NCBI GenBank assembly: GCA_963714015.1
Contig: OY970223.1
Span: 2,688,001-2,752,000 of the forward strand
Length of the DNA stretch: 64,000 nucleotides
Reading direction: 5' to 3'
From: Vulcanimicrobiota bacterium
Lineage (GTDB): Bacteria; Vulcanimicrobiota; Vulcanimicrobiia; Vulcanimicrobiales; Vulcanimicrobiaceae
Part shown: piece by piece, positions 29,348 through 40,743 of the stretch
Position numbering within the stretch: the stretch's first letter is position 1
Layout: the number at the start of each line of letters is the position of its first letter
Notes under the pieces: model-generated
The model's input: only the letters and a program-made list of their open reading frames with translations
Database searches by the model: none
What the model was told of the DNA's origin: nothing
Position numbers and translations under genes: made by a program

Positions 29348-30520
29348 ATGAAGTTCAGCACCAAAGCCATCCACGCAGGACAGGGAGCCGACCCGGCAAC
29401 CGGCGCGACGATCGTTCCTATCTACCAAACGTCGACGTACACGCAAAGCGCCGTGGGCGAGCACAAAGGTTTCGACTACAGCCGCACGATTAATCCCACC
29501 CGCCTGGCTTTGGAGACGCAGCTCGCCGCACTCGAAGACGCCCGATACGGCTGCGCGTTCTCGAGCGGGATGGCCGCAACGTCGGCCGTGCTCAACATTC
29601 TGTCCGCCGGCGACCACGCAATCGTTACGGACGATCTGTACGGCGGCACCTACCGGCTGTTCTCGCGCGTGCTGGCCCGGTACGGTCTGGAGTTCACATA
29701 CGTCGATATGGCCGACCTCGAAGCGGTGCGAGCCGCGATCCGTCCGAACACCAAACTCTTTTGGATCGAAACTCCGACGAACCCCTTACTGAAGCTCATC
29801 GACATTCGCGCGATTTGCGCACTGCGGGGAAGCGGACAGATTGTCGTGGTGGACAACACGTTTGCGTCGCCGTATTTTCAGCGGCCGCTCGCGCTCGGTG
29901 CGGACGTCGTCGTGCATTCAACGACCAAATACATCGGCGGCCATAGCGACGTGGTGGGCGGAGCGGCGCTCACCAGCGACAAAGAGCTTTACGAGACCGT
30001 CAAGTTCCATCAGAACTCCGTCGGAGGCGTTCCCGGGCCGCAGGATGCATGGCTCACCATGCGGGGGGCGAAAACCTTGGCACTTCGCATGCGGGAGCAC
30101 GCGAAGAACGCGCAGTCCGTGGCCGAGTTCTTGGAAGCTCACGACGAGGTCGACCGCGTTTACTATCCGGGGCTGCCCTCGCATCCTCAGCACGACTTGG
30201 CAAAGCGTCAGATGACGGGCTTCGGCGGCATGGTTTCGTTCACGCTCAAAGGGCCGGAGCAGCGCGCAATCGACTTTGCGAACCGCATGCATTACTTCAG
30301 TCTTGCGGAAAGCTTAGGCGGCGTCGAGTCGCTGATCTGCCATCCGGCGCGCATGACCCACGGTTCGATCCCCAAAGAGGAACGCGAGAAGCGGGGCATC
30401 ACCGACGGATTGCTGCGACTGTCGGTCGGGATTGAAGACATCGACGACTTGATCGAAGATCTGAGCTCGGCTCTAAAGGCCGTTGCTAAAACTGATTCTT
30501 TGGATATGCTACGGCGCTGA
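29348..30520 (+). CDS. Cystathionine gamma-lyase/synthase
   Basis: YSRTINPTR, DNTF, HSTTKYIGGHSD, AESLGGVESL, RLSVGIE. Confidence 0.93.
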   Translation: MKFSTKAIHAGQGADPATGATIVPIYQTSTYTQSAVGEHKGFDYSRTINPTRLALETQLAALEDARYGCAFSSGMAATSAVLNILSAGDHAIVTDDLYGGTYRLFSRVLARYGLEFTYVDMADLEAVRAAIRPNTKLFWIETPTNPLLKLIDIRAICALRGSGQIVVVDNTFASPYFQRPLALGADVVVHSTTKYIGGHSDVVGGAALTSDKELYETVKFHQNSVGGVPGPQDAWLTMRGAKTLALRMREHAKNAQSVAEFLEAHDEVDRVYYPGLPSHPQHDLAKRQMTGFGGMVSFTLKGPEQRAIDFANRMHYFSLAESLGGVESLICHPARMTHGSIPKEEREKRGITDGLLRLSVGIEDIDDLIEDLSSALKAVAKTDSLDMLRR

Positions 30521-31052
30521 CGTTCGAAAGGATCTTTTTCGCGCTATTGCCGTCGAGCGTTCCGTATCCGCCCGCTACCGAAAGCGTGACTCCGCGCACG
30601 TGGTCGACCCATAGGTATTCAAAAATACGCTGCTGTCCCGAATCCTGCGTGACCGTAATGTCCAAGAAGTAGGCGGGCATGCCGTTCGGCAGCGTCGTCA
30701 GCTGCTTCTTGACGAACACCGAGTTGTCGTCGTTGCTCTGGTTGCGCGCTTGCCCTTCCGCTTCTTGTTCGAAGCTGTCCAAATCGTCGGTATAGTTTTC
30801 CATGCGAAGCGTGATGATCGTGCGGTCGGTTTGTTTCGGACGGCGCACGAACGCCGCGACGATCGTCGGCGCCTCGTACGCGTCGGGAGCCGTCGTGGCA
30901 GCAGGCATCGGAATCGCAATGTAATCGGCCGGCGCCGTGTACGACATTGCCGGATCGGTGTACGTGTGCGAGGGTTGCGCGGTCTGAGCGTGCAGGCCGG
31001 CGGGCAACGCAAGCAGAGTCAGGACCAGAGCGATAGTCGAGGCGCGGTTCAT
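30486..31052 (-). CDS. Secreted hypothetical protein
   Basis: Signal peptide MNRASTIALVLTLLALPAGLHA. Confidence 0.65.
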   Translation of the reverse strand: MNRASTIALVLTLLALPAGLHAQTAQPSHTYTDPAMSYTAPADYIAIPMPAATTAPDAYEAPTIVAAFVRRPKQTDRTIITLRMENYTDDLDSFEQEAEGQARNQSNDDNSVFVKKQLTTLPNGMPAYFLDITVTQDSGQQRIFEYLWVDHVRGVTLSVAGGYGTLDGNSAKKILSNVSAVAYPKNQF

Positions 31053-32092
31053 TCCATCTCCAAAACGGCCGCCAGGGCGGGCAAAGAGCGTTCGTAGCGG
31101 TATCCGATATTTCGATGGTCGTCCTCGAATTCTTCGTGCTGCACCGGAAGGCCCATGCCGCGCATGCGCTGGGCCATTACCCGCGCACCGACGTCGAGCG
31201 CGTATTCGTCGCGGCGGCCGCAATCGATGTACCGCAGGCGCAGCCGCTTAAGCTCCGCTTCCTTGCGCAGGCACATCTGCGCAGGGTCGAACTCGAGCCA
31301 ACGGCTGAAAACCTCTTCGCGAACCGCGCCCGTCTTGCGGTCGAACGGCAGATCCAGGTCGAACGCGGTCGCGCTGCGCGGCGTGTAAGCGGCCGAATAC
31401 CCGAGCATTTCGATAGCGGCAAATTCCGACCCGGAGCGCTTGTTCTGCGACTCGAAGTGCTCGACGAACCGCTCGATGTTCCATTCGTGCCGCTCGAGCA
31501 CGCGATGCGCTTCTGCGAATGCGCGCGTTTGCGCATACAAGAAATACGAGTCGCCGCTGTGAGAAGCGAAAGCGGCGAAGGTCCCCGGATACTGCATGCT
31601 CAGATAGAGCGCGCCGAAACCTCCGGATGATTTACCTAATACCGCGCGGCCCTGCTCGCTCGCGACCGTGCGATACGCGCCGTCCACGTGGCCGACGACG
31701 TCTCGAATGACATACGTCGCATAGTCACCGTTATGTATCGAATTGACGTACTGCGAGCCGCCGAGACGCGTGAACCCGTCGACCAGAGCGAGGATCGCCG
31801 GCGGCATGCGCCGTCCGGTCACGAGTCGATCCATCCATTGGACTACATTCGTTTCCCACGCGCGCGCGCTAAGCATTCCGGCCACGTCGCCGCTATAGCC
31901 GTGCAGACAATACAACACAGGATACCGGCGCGAACCATCGGGATCGTAGGCCGGCGGCAGGTATACTGCGACCGGACGCTCCGCGGGATCGCCGAGCGCG
32001 TTCCCTTGCAGTGCGGAACTAGAAATAAAGTCAATGCGCACGTCTCCGTTCAAACGAAGCAGGCGCGCGAGCGAAGACTGAGCCGCGGTCAT
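31049..32092 (-). CDS. Esterase, alpha/beta hydrolase (Fes-like)
   Basis: VYLPPAY, YPVLYCLHG, GKSSGG nucleophile motif. Confidence 0.85.
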   Translation of the reverse strand: MTAAQSSLARLLRLNGDVRIDFISSSALQGNALGDPAERPVAVYLPPAYDPDGSRRYPVLYCLHGYSGDVAGMLSARAWETNVVQWMDRLVTGRRMPPAILALVDGFTRLGGSQYVNSIHNGDYATYVIRDVVGHVDGAYRTVASEQGRAVLGKSSGGFGALYLSMQYPGTFAAFASHSGDSYFLYAQTRAFAEAHRVLERHEWNIERFVEHFESQNKRSGSEFAAIEMLGYSAAYTPRSATAFDLDLPFDRKTGAVREEVFSRWLEFDPAQMCLRKEAELKRLRLRYIDCGRRDEYALDVGARVMAQRMRGMGLPVQHEEFEDDHRNIGYRYERSLPALAAVLEME

Positions 32093-32146
32093 GCGCCGCC
32101 TTTCGCCGCGAGGTCCGCCGCCTACTACACCGAAAGCCTGCCCGCA

Positions 32147-34638
32147 ATGCTGCGCGGGATGCTCCTGCGGCTCTGCGCCGCACTTTTCGCCGTGTCGGCC
32201 CTTTTGCGGCCGGCGCCGGCTTCTGCGGCTCCGCCGTTTTTCGTTTACGGCGCAACGTTCTTTTACGAACGGATCCCCGCTTCGCAATGGGTAAACGCGC
32301 TCGCGCGCTACAAGCGGCTGGGCATAAACACGATCGACTTGTACGTCATGTGGAATTGGCACGAGCCGCGTGAGAACGATTTCGATTTCAGCGGTCGCTC
32401 GAATCCGCGGCGAAATCTCGTTGCGCTGCTGGGCATGATTCATGCAGACGGCTTTCACGTCGTGCTTCGGCCGGGGCCCGTGATACGCAACGAATGGCGC
32501 AACGGCGGCTATCCCGCTTGGCTTCTCGAGCGTCCCGAATACCAAATGCCGCTGCGCGACGTGCTCGAGGGACGGTATCCCGCGACCGCAACTCTGCAAA
32601 ACACGCATTCCGACGCTGCGGCGCGCGAATGGCTGAATAATCCGGTGCACCTGCGTTACGCCGCCCGCTGGTTGCATCACGTGCTGAGCGTCGCCGCGCC
32701 GTGGAAAAGCGATATCGTCGCAGTCGCTCTTGACGACGATCAAGGCGCATACTTGGACAACGACACGTGGCCCGGTCCCCATTTTCACCGCTACATCGAC
32801 GTTCTTGCCCGCATGGTGCACCGCGATCTCGGTCACGCAATGCCGGTATTCATCAACACGTACCAAATGAAGGTTACGGCCTCCGCGCCGGTCTGGGCGT
32901 GGGGGAACTGGTACCAAAGCGACGCCTACAGCATCGGCGAACACGACCGGGCGCAGCTCGAGTTTACGGCAGGCCTTTTACAGACGCAGACGCCGCGCCG
33001 GCCAATCATGTTCAGCGAGTTTCAAGCGGGATGGCTGCAGAATGCGGATCAGCCCTTTCCGCCGCCCGCGGATCCCGCGAACACCACGTTGGCCCTGCAC
33101 ACGTTGCTGCAGATGGGCGCGCACGGCGTCGTAAATTTTCCGGTACAGGATACGCTGAATCCCGCCGGATGGGAGGCGCCGTGGACCAACGCCTTTTACT
33201 CCTGGGACGCAGCCTATTCGGTCGACCTTTCACCGCAGGCGCGTTTTTCACCAACGGCGCAATTTGGCCGGCTGATGCAGACGTACGGCGAGCGCATCGT
33301 GCAGACGCAGCCGGTTGCGGACGCAGCCGTTGCGTACTTGACCAGCGCCTATGACCCGTCCGAGCTTACGAACGACCAAATCGCCGCCGTCGCGAATGCT
33401 ACGATCTCGGCACAGCGCGGCTGCCGGATCATGCGCATTACCTGCGCGATTATCGATCTGCGATACATTTCGCCGCGGGATCTCGATGCTTATCGCACGA
33501 TTATCGTACCGCGCACAAACGTGACCCTGCCCTACGTCGCCGCGGTTGTTGAAAAGATGCGCGAGTATCGTGCCGGAGGCGGCCGAGTTGTGCTCGAGCG
33601 CCCGAGACGCGCGTATAGCCCGTCCGGCTGCCGGAGGCATTCCGGGCGCGACGCTCCTGCTCGACCGGAGGCACCGCTTCGGATTTCTGGACATCGTCAA
33701 TTACGCCCGAACGCCGCTTCGAACGCAGCCCGCGCGCGTTGGGACCGCGGAGTTTTCATACGACGTTCCGGCACAAACCGTGCCTGCTCGCGACGCGCTG
33801 CTGATCCCGCTAAACGTTCGGTCGTATCCCGCCGCGGCTTTGCCGGCCCAGGCGCCCGGCTCTGCAAAGGGCCAACGTTTGCCGCTGCGTTCCGGCAGTT
33901 GGATTTCGGCGCAACTTCGGCCCGTGCCGCCGAACACTGCGATTGTTTACCGGCAGGACGTGTATCAGGACGGCTATCCGGCGATCGTAATGGAGAACGC
34001 GCTGGTGCGCCTTATCATCTCGCCTTGCGCCGGCGCTCGAGCATTCATCTTTGAAGACAAGTCCACGAGTCGCAATCTCTTCACGACGATCGGCGGGCTG
34101 CGCGATGCCTGGGCTGCACCGTTATCCCCTTCGAGTCGCGATTACATCGCGAAGTACACGCATCCGATTGCAACGGGCACGTTCAACCGCTGTTATGCGG
34201 TACAAATTCGCAACGAGGATCGGTCGGCCGCGGCGTTTTTTCGATACAAGGTTCCCGAACTGCCGGCAACCCGATTCTCGCGATCGATCGCTAATGCATG
34301 CGGCTGAATCGGGCTTCGTCGAGCAGACGTTCGGGACGGGACCGGGCGGCGCACAACAGCTGACGTCATTTGCCGTCGGCCCGCACACTCAAATTCTGTC
34401 GCTCCCGAACGCCGTCGGATTCTACGATAAAGACGGTCGGCGCCTCACGATGATCGCTTGGGATCGCCAACTCGTAAAGTCGCACATTATACAGCGTCAC
34501 GATCGCGACGCGCTCCTGACCCTCACGCTTGCGCGGGACGTTTGCGAAATCAGTTATGGGACCGCCGCTGCTTCCTCAGCCGCATCCGCGCAGGCGGTCC
34601 TGCGGACCTTCGCGAATCGGCGCCCTTCGACGCCCTAG
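32147..34638 (+). CDS. Secreted GH35-like beta-galactosidase, two frameshifts
   Basis: GINTIDLYVMWNWHEP, LRPGPVIRNEW..GGYPAWL, SEFQAGW. Confidence 0.8.
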
Positions 34639-34719
34639 GGGGAGTGGCGGAACGGTAGACGCAGCCGCCTCAAAAGCGGCCGGGCACAACCCGTGTGGGT
34701 TCAAATCCCACCTTCCCCA
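34638..34719 (+). tRNA. tRNA-Leu(CAA)
   Basis: Long variable arm, anticodon loop CTCAAAA. Confidence 0.95.
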
Positions 34720-34907
34720 GGACGATCCTTTGCACGGCGCGCCCGTTGAAGCAAACTTCGGTAAGAGCCGGCATCTTCATTACAAAAGCAAGCGAGGCGA
34801 TCGCTCGCCGGCTAAACGCTCCTTCGACCCATCGTATAGGATGACAGGCCGATCTCCGTGTGGTAGCGTCGCATCAGCTCGCACCGCCACTATAAAGGGG
34901 AGGACCT

Positions 34908-36062
34908 ATGTATTACGTGCGCGCTCCAGCGCTGCTTGCAGTGCTGGGGTTAATCATTTTGGCCGCGGGCTGCGGCGGCACCGGTGGCTTGCCGAGCGAC
35001 ATAGAACAGACCCAACATACGCTCCAAGAAATGCGCCAACCTACGAAGTCGCCGGCGCCCTTGCAGATCTTCAATCCTTACGACCTCTCCATTCTCCAGG
35101 ACACCAGCAACTCCACGTCGGGTGTCTTCCTCGGCGCCGATTGCGGTGCGGGTGCGACCATCACGTGCGCCGATTTTGCCGAGACCATGCGGCACCGCGT
35201 CTCGATGGGCACCGTTTATTCGACCTGGGACCAAGATATCGACACCGTGATCGCCCGAGACGGTTTAGCTGCAATGGAGGCTCAAGATACGATTCCGGAC
35301 ATAACATGGCAAGCCAGCTCGAACAAAGCGACGATCACGCTGGCCCAGATTGCTTCGGGGAAGTATGACTCGTATATCACCGATTCAGCGCAAGAGCTTG
35401 CGAGCTTCGGTCAACCCATCTTTATTCGCCTCTTCCATGAATTCAATACGAAGCGGTACAATTGGGGCCTATACCGGAACGGCGCCGACAGGCAGGCGGA
35501 TGCGGACTTCGTCGCCGCGTGGCAGCATATTGTTGCCATCTTCCGTCGACAACATGCGAACAACGTCAAGTTCATTTGGTGCTTCAATAGCGGAACGAGC
35601 CCGGTTGCACCCTGGAACGAGCCTGCGGCCGCGTATCCCGGCGATGCGTACGTCGACTGGCTTGCATTCGACGGATACAACATGGGTAACGACTACAACG
35701 GCCACAAGTGGTTCAGCTTCACGTTCATGGCGGGCGGCGCGTACCATAACGCGATCGCTGCCTCGCAAAACAAACCCGTGATGATCGTCGAGACGGCGTC
35801 GAACGAATACGGCGACGGCGGAGCGATGAAAGCGGCGTGGGTGGATGCTATGTTCGCAACCCTGCAATCGACGCACGACCCCTACCCGCATTTGCGCGCG
35901 CTCTCATGGTACGAGTCCGATTCGCCGGGGTACCTCTACGATTCAAAGAGCACGCCGCCGTCGTACCGCGCGTTCACGCTCGATATTCGCATCTACCAGC
36001 CGGATGGAATACTTCACTTCCGCAGCAACGGCAGCGCACTCTTTACGATCACCACGCCGTAA
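34908..36062 (+). CDS. GH26 glycoside hydrolase lipoprotein
   Basis: IFIRLFHEFN, YPGDAYVDWLAFDGYN, KPVMIVE. Confidence 0.88.
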   Translation: MYYVRAPALLAVLGLIILAAGCGGTGGLPSDIEQTQHTLQEMRQPTKSPAPLQIFNPYDLSILQDTSNSTSGVFLGADCGAGATITCADFAETMRHRVSMGTVYSTWDQDIDTVIARDGLAAMEAQDTIPDITWQASSNKATITLAQIASGKYDSYITDSAQELASFGQPIFIRLFHEFNTKRYNWGLYRNGADRQADADFVAAWQHIVAIFRRQHANNVKFIWCFNSGTSPVAPWNEPAAAYPGDAYVDWLAFDGYNMGNDYNGHKWFSFTFMAGGAYHNAIAASQNKPVMIVETASNEYGDGGAMKAAWVDAMFATLQSTHDPYPHLRALSWYESDSPGYLYDSKSTPPSYRAFTLDIRIYQPDGILHFRSNGSALFTITTP

Positions 36063-36290
36063 TTCAAGTCGATGGTTCGATAGCGACCGTTCTGGAGGAG
36101 CGTATGGCGAACACTGCTGAAATACCGAACAGCAGCACGGCGAATGCAACTCGAAGTATTCCGTTCATGCACCTATCTCGCTATTGGCTTACGAGCTCGA
36201 ATCCGGAAGCTGCACTCATAGTACTTCTAGGCCGGCCGCCATTTAGCGAGTCCGGCAAGATTTACACCCGGCCCGGGACAATTTCACGGG

Positions 36291-36987
36291 GTGACCGCCA
36301 TCGAGGAGTCCCTAAAGCAAAGCCCGCTGCTTTCAGGCATTCGGCCGGATACGATTGAAAAGCTCGCGGCGAGCGCTTCCGAATTCTCGGCATCCAAGGG
36401 TCAGACGCTGTACCGCCCGGATGAGAGCTGGCCATACTTAGGCCTGCTGCTTGACGGGACGCTCGGCATGTTTGCCGAGGGCGGGGAACGCGACTACTTG
36501 TACGAGGAGATCCTGCCCGGCGAGTTCTTCGGCGTCTCCGGAATGTTCGATGCACGCGATGCGATGGCACGCATGGTGGTGCTCTCCCGCAAAGCGTCGT
36601 ATGCGGCCGTCGAAAGCACCGTCAGCTCGGAAGCTTTGCGACGAAGATGCCACGCTGGCGGTCGTTCTCGCCGGCGTGCTGGCCAGGCGCGTTCGCGGAC
36701 TTACATCACTGCTCGCCTTTCAGGTGAATCTGCCTACCATGACACGGATGGCCCGCTACCTGCTCCAGCACTGTGGCGATTCGGCGGGCCTGGCGCCCAG
36801 CACGGGAACGCTTCCGCTGATGACGCAAGCGCAGATCGCCGCGGCTGCTGGAACGACGAAAGAGGTGGCCGCGCGTCTAATTCGTACGCTTGAAGAAGCG
36901 AACGCGCTACGCCGCGAGCGCGGACATATTCGTTATTTGGATAGGGACCGCATCGCGGTCTTCGCCGGCTCCAACGGCCGAGGATAA
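36291..36987 (+). CDS. Crp/Fnr-family regulator, frameshifted
   Basis: cNMP domain PGEFFG; HTH TQAQIAAAAGTTKEVAAR in the second frame. Confidence 0.8.
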
Positions 36988-38241
36988 TGGCTTCAGCTCC
37001 GGCCAGCATCACCTTTACTTCGGGAGCGCTGCGCGGGCGCATATCGGTTCCCGGTGACAAATCGATCTCTCACCGAGCGTTGATACTCGCGGCGAAGAGC
37101 CCGGATCCCATTGCCGTTCGCAACCTGAATCCCGGGCGCGACGTGCGAGCGACCGCCAACGCGATCGAAGCGGTCGGCGGAAATGCGATCGATTTCCGCG
37201 ATCCCGCCATGACGATCGACTGCATGAACTCCGGCTCCACGGCCCGCATGATAATGGGCGTATGCGCCGGCGCAAACGTTCGCGCCGAGTTCGACGGCGA
37301 CGAATCACTGCGGCGGCGTCCCATGGAACCGGTCGCAGCACAGACTGCGCGCGTTCGGAGCCCGGATCCACACGAGCGATGGATCGTTGCCGGCGACCGT
37401 CCAGGGAACGTCTCAGCCGCAGACCCGTCGATTCATTCTGCTCACTCCTTCGGCCCAAATCAAGAGCGCGCTGCTCTTGGCCGGAGTCTTCGCCGGCGTC
37501 CCGGTCGAGACACTGGGCGACAAAGGCTCGCGCGACCATACCGAGCGGCTCTTGAAGTATTTCGGCGCGGATATCTCGTTCGACGGATCCCGCGTCGAAC
37601 TGCGTTCGATGCCGAGCGCCTTTCGCGACGTCGACGTCGCCGGCGACTTCTCGGCGGCCGCATTCTTCATCGTTGCCGCCACGGTTGCGCCGCAGAGCTC
37701 GATCGTCATCCAAGACGTTGGGATCAATCCGGGGCGAACGGGACTGCTCGATGCACTGCTCGAGATGGGTGCCGATATCCGGCTCGAGAACGAACGCGAG
37801 CGCTGTGGTGAACCGGTTGCCGACATCGCCGTTTCTTCGTCGCGCCTTCAGGGCATCGCCGTGAACAGCGACGTCGCGCTGCGGGCGATCGACGAGATTC
37901 CCGTACTCGCCGTTGCGGCGGCATTTGCACGAGGCGAGACGCGCATCACCGGGATACGCGACCTGCGCACCAAAGAGTCGGACCGGATCGCGGCGGTCGA
38001 ACGGCTTCTGACGGCTGCGGGGATCGAGGTTGAAACGCCGCCGAACGGCATTGCAATCCACGGTGGGACTCCCCGATGCGAAGGCGCAATGGTGGAGACT
38101 CATGGAGATCATCGAACGGCAATGGCTGCGGCAGCGCTTGCCGCGGGCGCCGGGACGCTCGCAATCGACGACGAAAGCAGCATCGACGTGAGCTTTCCCC
38201 GTTTTGTCGAGATCATCCGCGAGGCCCAGCAGCGTGGATGA
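36987..38241 (+). CDS. aroA: 3-phosphoshikimate 1-carboxyvinyltransferase, frameshifted near 37342
   Basis: PGDKSISHRA, NSGSTAR, SLRRRPM, SAQIKSA, RDHTER, KESDRI, DHRTAM. Confidence 0.93.
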
Positions 38242-39436
38242 CGCTCCGCGGTACTCGGCCGACGAGTTCGAGCGCGAATCCCGCTACATCGAAAACTTGA
38301 TCTGGGACGCGCTGGTCATCGAGGCCGGACAGCGAGTGCTGTTTTGCGGATACGGCGAGGATGCGCGATGGATCGAACGAGCGATGGAAGCCGGCGCGGA
38401 CGTTACGGTGATCGAGCACCGCGAAACCATCATTCGTAAGTTCGCAAGCGTGGGCGCTCGGGTGCTGCAAGGCAGCACGTCGCTGATTCCGGCGCAATCC
38501 GACGCGTTCGACGTCGCCGTTGCCTTTCATTATCTGCACGAGGCCGATCCGTTCTTTCACGCACAGATCGTCTCCGAACTCGCGCGCGTAGTTAAGCGCG
38601 TGGAAATCGTCGAACCCGGTCCGCCGGCGGATGCGCTCGGCAAACGCATCGCGCGCTTGTATTCACAGGCCAAACGTGAACTTGGGCAGTTCGAATACTA
38701 TCAGCCGCTGGAGTACTGGCGCAAACTGCTGCAGGCGGTAAAAGCCGACGTGTCTCAGCACGTTTTCGCGTTCGCTAAGATTCCGCCGCGCGAGTATTTG
38801 CGCGATACGATCGAGCTGCTGCTGGATACCATGGAGGTCGAAGACGCGCCTAAGGAGGAGCTGGAAGAGCTGCGCACCATTGCGAGGCGATCGGATACGT
38901 TGATGCTGCCGCCCTCGCGCTACGTCTTGAGCGGTGCGGCCGCCGGAGACTTGCCGCAGCCGATATTCACGCCCCGGCAAGAGCCGACACCGACGCCCGC
39001 TCTAGCGAAAGCCGCGCAGAGCCGCGTAGCCGTGCCTGAACCGCCCCGGAAAATCAGCGCGCAAGCCGGCTATGAATTTCCGCCGCTGACCCCTGCGCCG
39101 CAGATGACTCCGCATCCCGCTCCGCAACCGGGACCGGCTCCCGGGCCGCCGCAGCCGCCGCCTAAGCCGCCCGCGCCGTCGCAACCCCGCGGAACACCGC
39201 CGGGGCCGGCCCCTCAGCCGCCGCCCGCGCCGGCGATGCCGTTCGGTGCGCCGTTCGCGGTGCCGCCGGGCGATGTGACGGGGCAACCGCCGCCGTTCGG
39301 TGTTCCGCCCATGCCGGGCGCGAGCGTTCCGCCGATGCCTGGTTTGCCGGGCGCTCCGGGCGGGCCGCCTACTCCGGGCGCTCCGCCGGGCTGGCAATGG
39401 GAACCACCGGAAGAACCGCCCAAGCCGGGCGGCTAG
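38234..39436 (+). CDS. SAM-methyltransferase-like protein with Pro-rich C-terminal tail
   Basis: RVLFCGYG...AFDVAVAFHYLHE; ~140-aa P/G/A tail. Confidence 0.65.
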   Translation: MDDAPRYSADEFERESRYIENLIWDALVIEAGQRVLFCGYGEDARWIERAMEAGADVTVIEHRETIIRKFASVGARVLQGSTSLIPAQSDAFDVAVAFHYLHEADPFFHAQIVSELARVVKRVEIVEPGPPADALGKRIARLYSQAKRELGQFEYYQPLEYWRKLLQAVKADVSQHVFAFAKIPPREYLRDTIELLLDTMEVEDAPKEELEELRTIARRSDTLMLPPSRYVLSGAAAGDLPQPIFTPRQEPTPTPALAKAAQSRVAVPEPPRKISAQAGYEFPPLTPAPQMTPHPAPQPGPAPGPPQPPPKPPAPSQPRGTPPGPAPQPPPAPAMPFGAPFAVPPGDVTGQPPPFGVPPMPGASVPPMPGLPGAPGGPPTPGAPPGWQWEPPEEPPKPGG

Positions 39437-39768
39437 CGCAGTTCCGAAAAAAGGGCGCGAAGCTGCGCGCCTACCGCAGCCAACGCTTCCCGCGCCTCAG
39501 CGAGCTGCAGGATCTGCAAGCTCGTTCGAATTGAATCGCTCGCACCTCGGGCACGAGCCTCGAGAGCGGAAACTGCAGTGGACATCCGCCTGAGCCGCTC
39601 CATCTGGAGCGTTAACGATTGCAGGGACACGAACAGCCTGCTGCGCCGGATATCGTCTAAACGCGCTGCCGTTCGGCGGGCCGCCAGGGCGGCGCGAACC
39701 GTCGATATCAGCACGAGAAGAACGCCGGAGGCGCACAGGCCGACCAGCAGCCACGCCCAGAGGCTCAT
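39433..39768 (-). CDS. Hypothetical membrane-anchored protein
   Basis: N-terminal TM then coiled coil. Confidence 0.6.
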   Translation of the reverse strand: MSLWAWLLVGLCASGVLLVLISTVRAALAARRTAARLDDIRRSRLFVSLQSLTLQMERLRRMSTAVSALEARARGASDSIRTSLQILQLAEAREALAAVGAQLRALFSELR

Positions 39769-39777
39769 AGCCCGGAA

Positions 39778-40107
39778 CTAGGCCGCCGACTCCTTGGAAG
39801 AACTGCCTGAAGAACCGTCCGAGGAACCGCCGGAAGAACCACCCGAGGAACTGGAAGAACTGCCCGAGGTGCCGGAGGAACCGCTTGAGGAGCCGGCAGA
39901 GCCGCTCTCGGACGCAGGCGGCGATTCTTTCTTGCGCGAGTCGGTCACGTAGAATCCGGATCCCTTAAACACGATCGGCGCCGGATTGAAGACGCGTTGC
40001 AGCGAGCCCCCGCATTCCGAGCACGGCTGCGCGTAAGCGTCGTCAAATCCATGACGGACTTCAGTGATGCGCTGGCAGTTCGAGCATTGATAGTCGTACA
40101 AGGGCAT
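39778..40107 (-). CDS. FmdB-family zinc-ribbon protein
   Basis: MPLYDYQCSNC...CSECGG...FKGSGFYVTD. Confidence 0.9.
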   Translation of the reverse strand: MPLYDYQCSNCQRITEVRHGFDDAYAQPCSECGGSLQRVFNPAPIVFKGSGFYVTDSRKKESPPASESGSAGSSSGSSGTSGSSSSSSGGSSGGSSDGSSGSSSKESAA

Positions 40108-40169
40108 ATCGTTTGAAGTATACCCGTCCCTAGCAGTCCTGGTCAATGACTGCTAGCAGTTCGAGGCCG

Positions 40170-40679
40170 TCAAAAATCCGCGAGCAGCTCGTCCTTGGCT
40201 TCGGCGTTGTATTCCGCCAGGTGTTTGAATTGCACGAGCGACTCTTCGAGCTGGGTTGAGAGTTTGCGCCCGGCGCTGATACCGTCGTAGAGCAGCGCGA
40301 TTTTGCCGCCGTACGCCGGATATTCCATCCGAGCGTGCACTTTGCAACGCGTGGTCTTGCGTTCGATCCGGAAATCCAGGCGCCGGCGAATCGAATAGGC
40401 GCCGACCAGCGAGAGCTGATGGTTCGTGATCAGGTGATCCACTTCAAAGAGCTGTTCGACGTCGCCGGGAACGGCGGACCGGATGAGGATCTCGCTGCCG
40501 AGGTTGAGCGGGACCGAAGCGCCGGTGAGCGTGGCGCTGCGCACGAAACAAAGCCACAGCGGCCACTTCTCCACGGTGCAAAGAAGCGAGAAAGCGGTTT
40601 CGGCGGTTGTCTGAACGTCGACCGCTGCGCTCAGACTGCGAGTGCCCGGGCGCGGAACGGCATCGCGCAAAATGGCCAT
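40170..40679 (-). CDS. SRPBCC-family protein
   Basis: AFSLLCTVEKWPLW START-like N-terminus. Confidence 0.65.
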   Translation of the reverse strand: MAILRDAVPRPGTRSLSAAVDVQTTAETAFSLLCTVEKWPLWLCFVRSATLTGASVPLNLGSEILIRSAVPGDVEQLFEVDHLITNHQLSLVGAYSIRRRLDFRIERKTTRCKVHARMEYPAYGGKIALLYDGISAGRKLSTQLEESLVQFKHLAEYNAEAKDELLADF

Positions 40680-40743
40680 TGACCGCGCTTCGACACCACT
40701 ACATATTGTGCCTTTTCGCCGCTTGTCCACAACGCGTTGTTAG

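Noticed and set aside
34720..34907. Possible c-di-GMP riboswitch upstream of GH26
   Set aside because: Only fragments (GCAAAC, GGCTAAA) match; the GNRA tetraloop/receptor architecture is not evident.
39050..39910. Low-complexity repeats as a CRISPR or tandem array
   Set aside because: They are Pro-rich and Ser/Gly-rich coding tails; no repeat-spacer periodicity or cas genes anywhere in the window.
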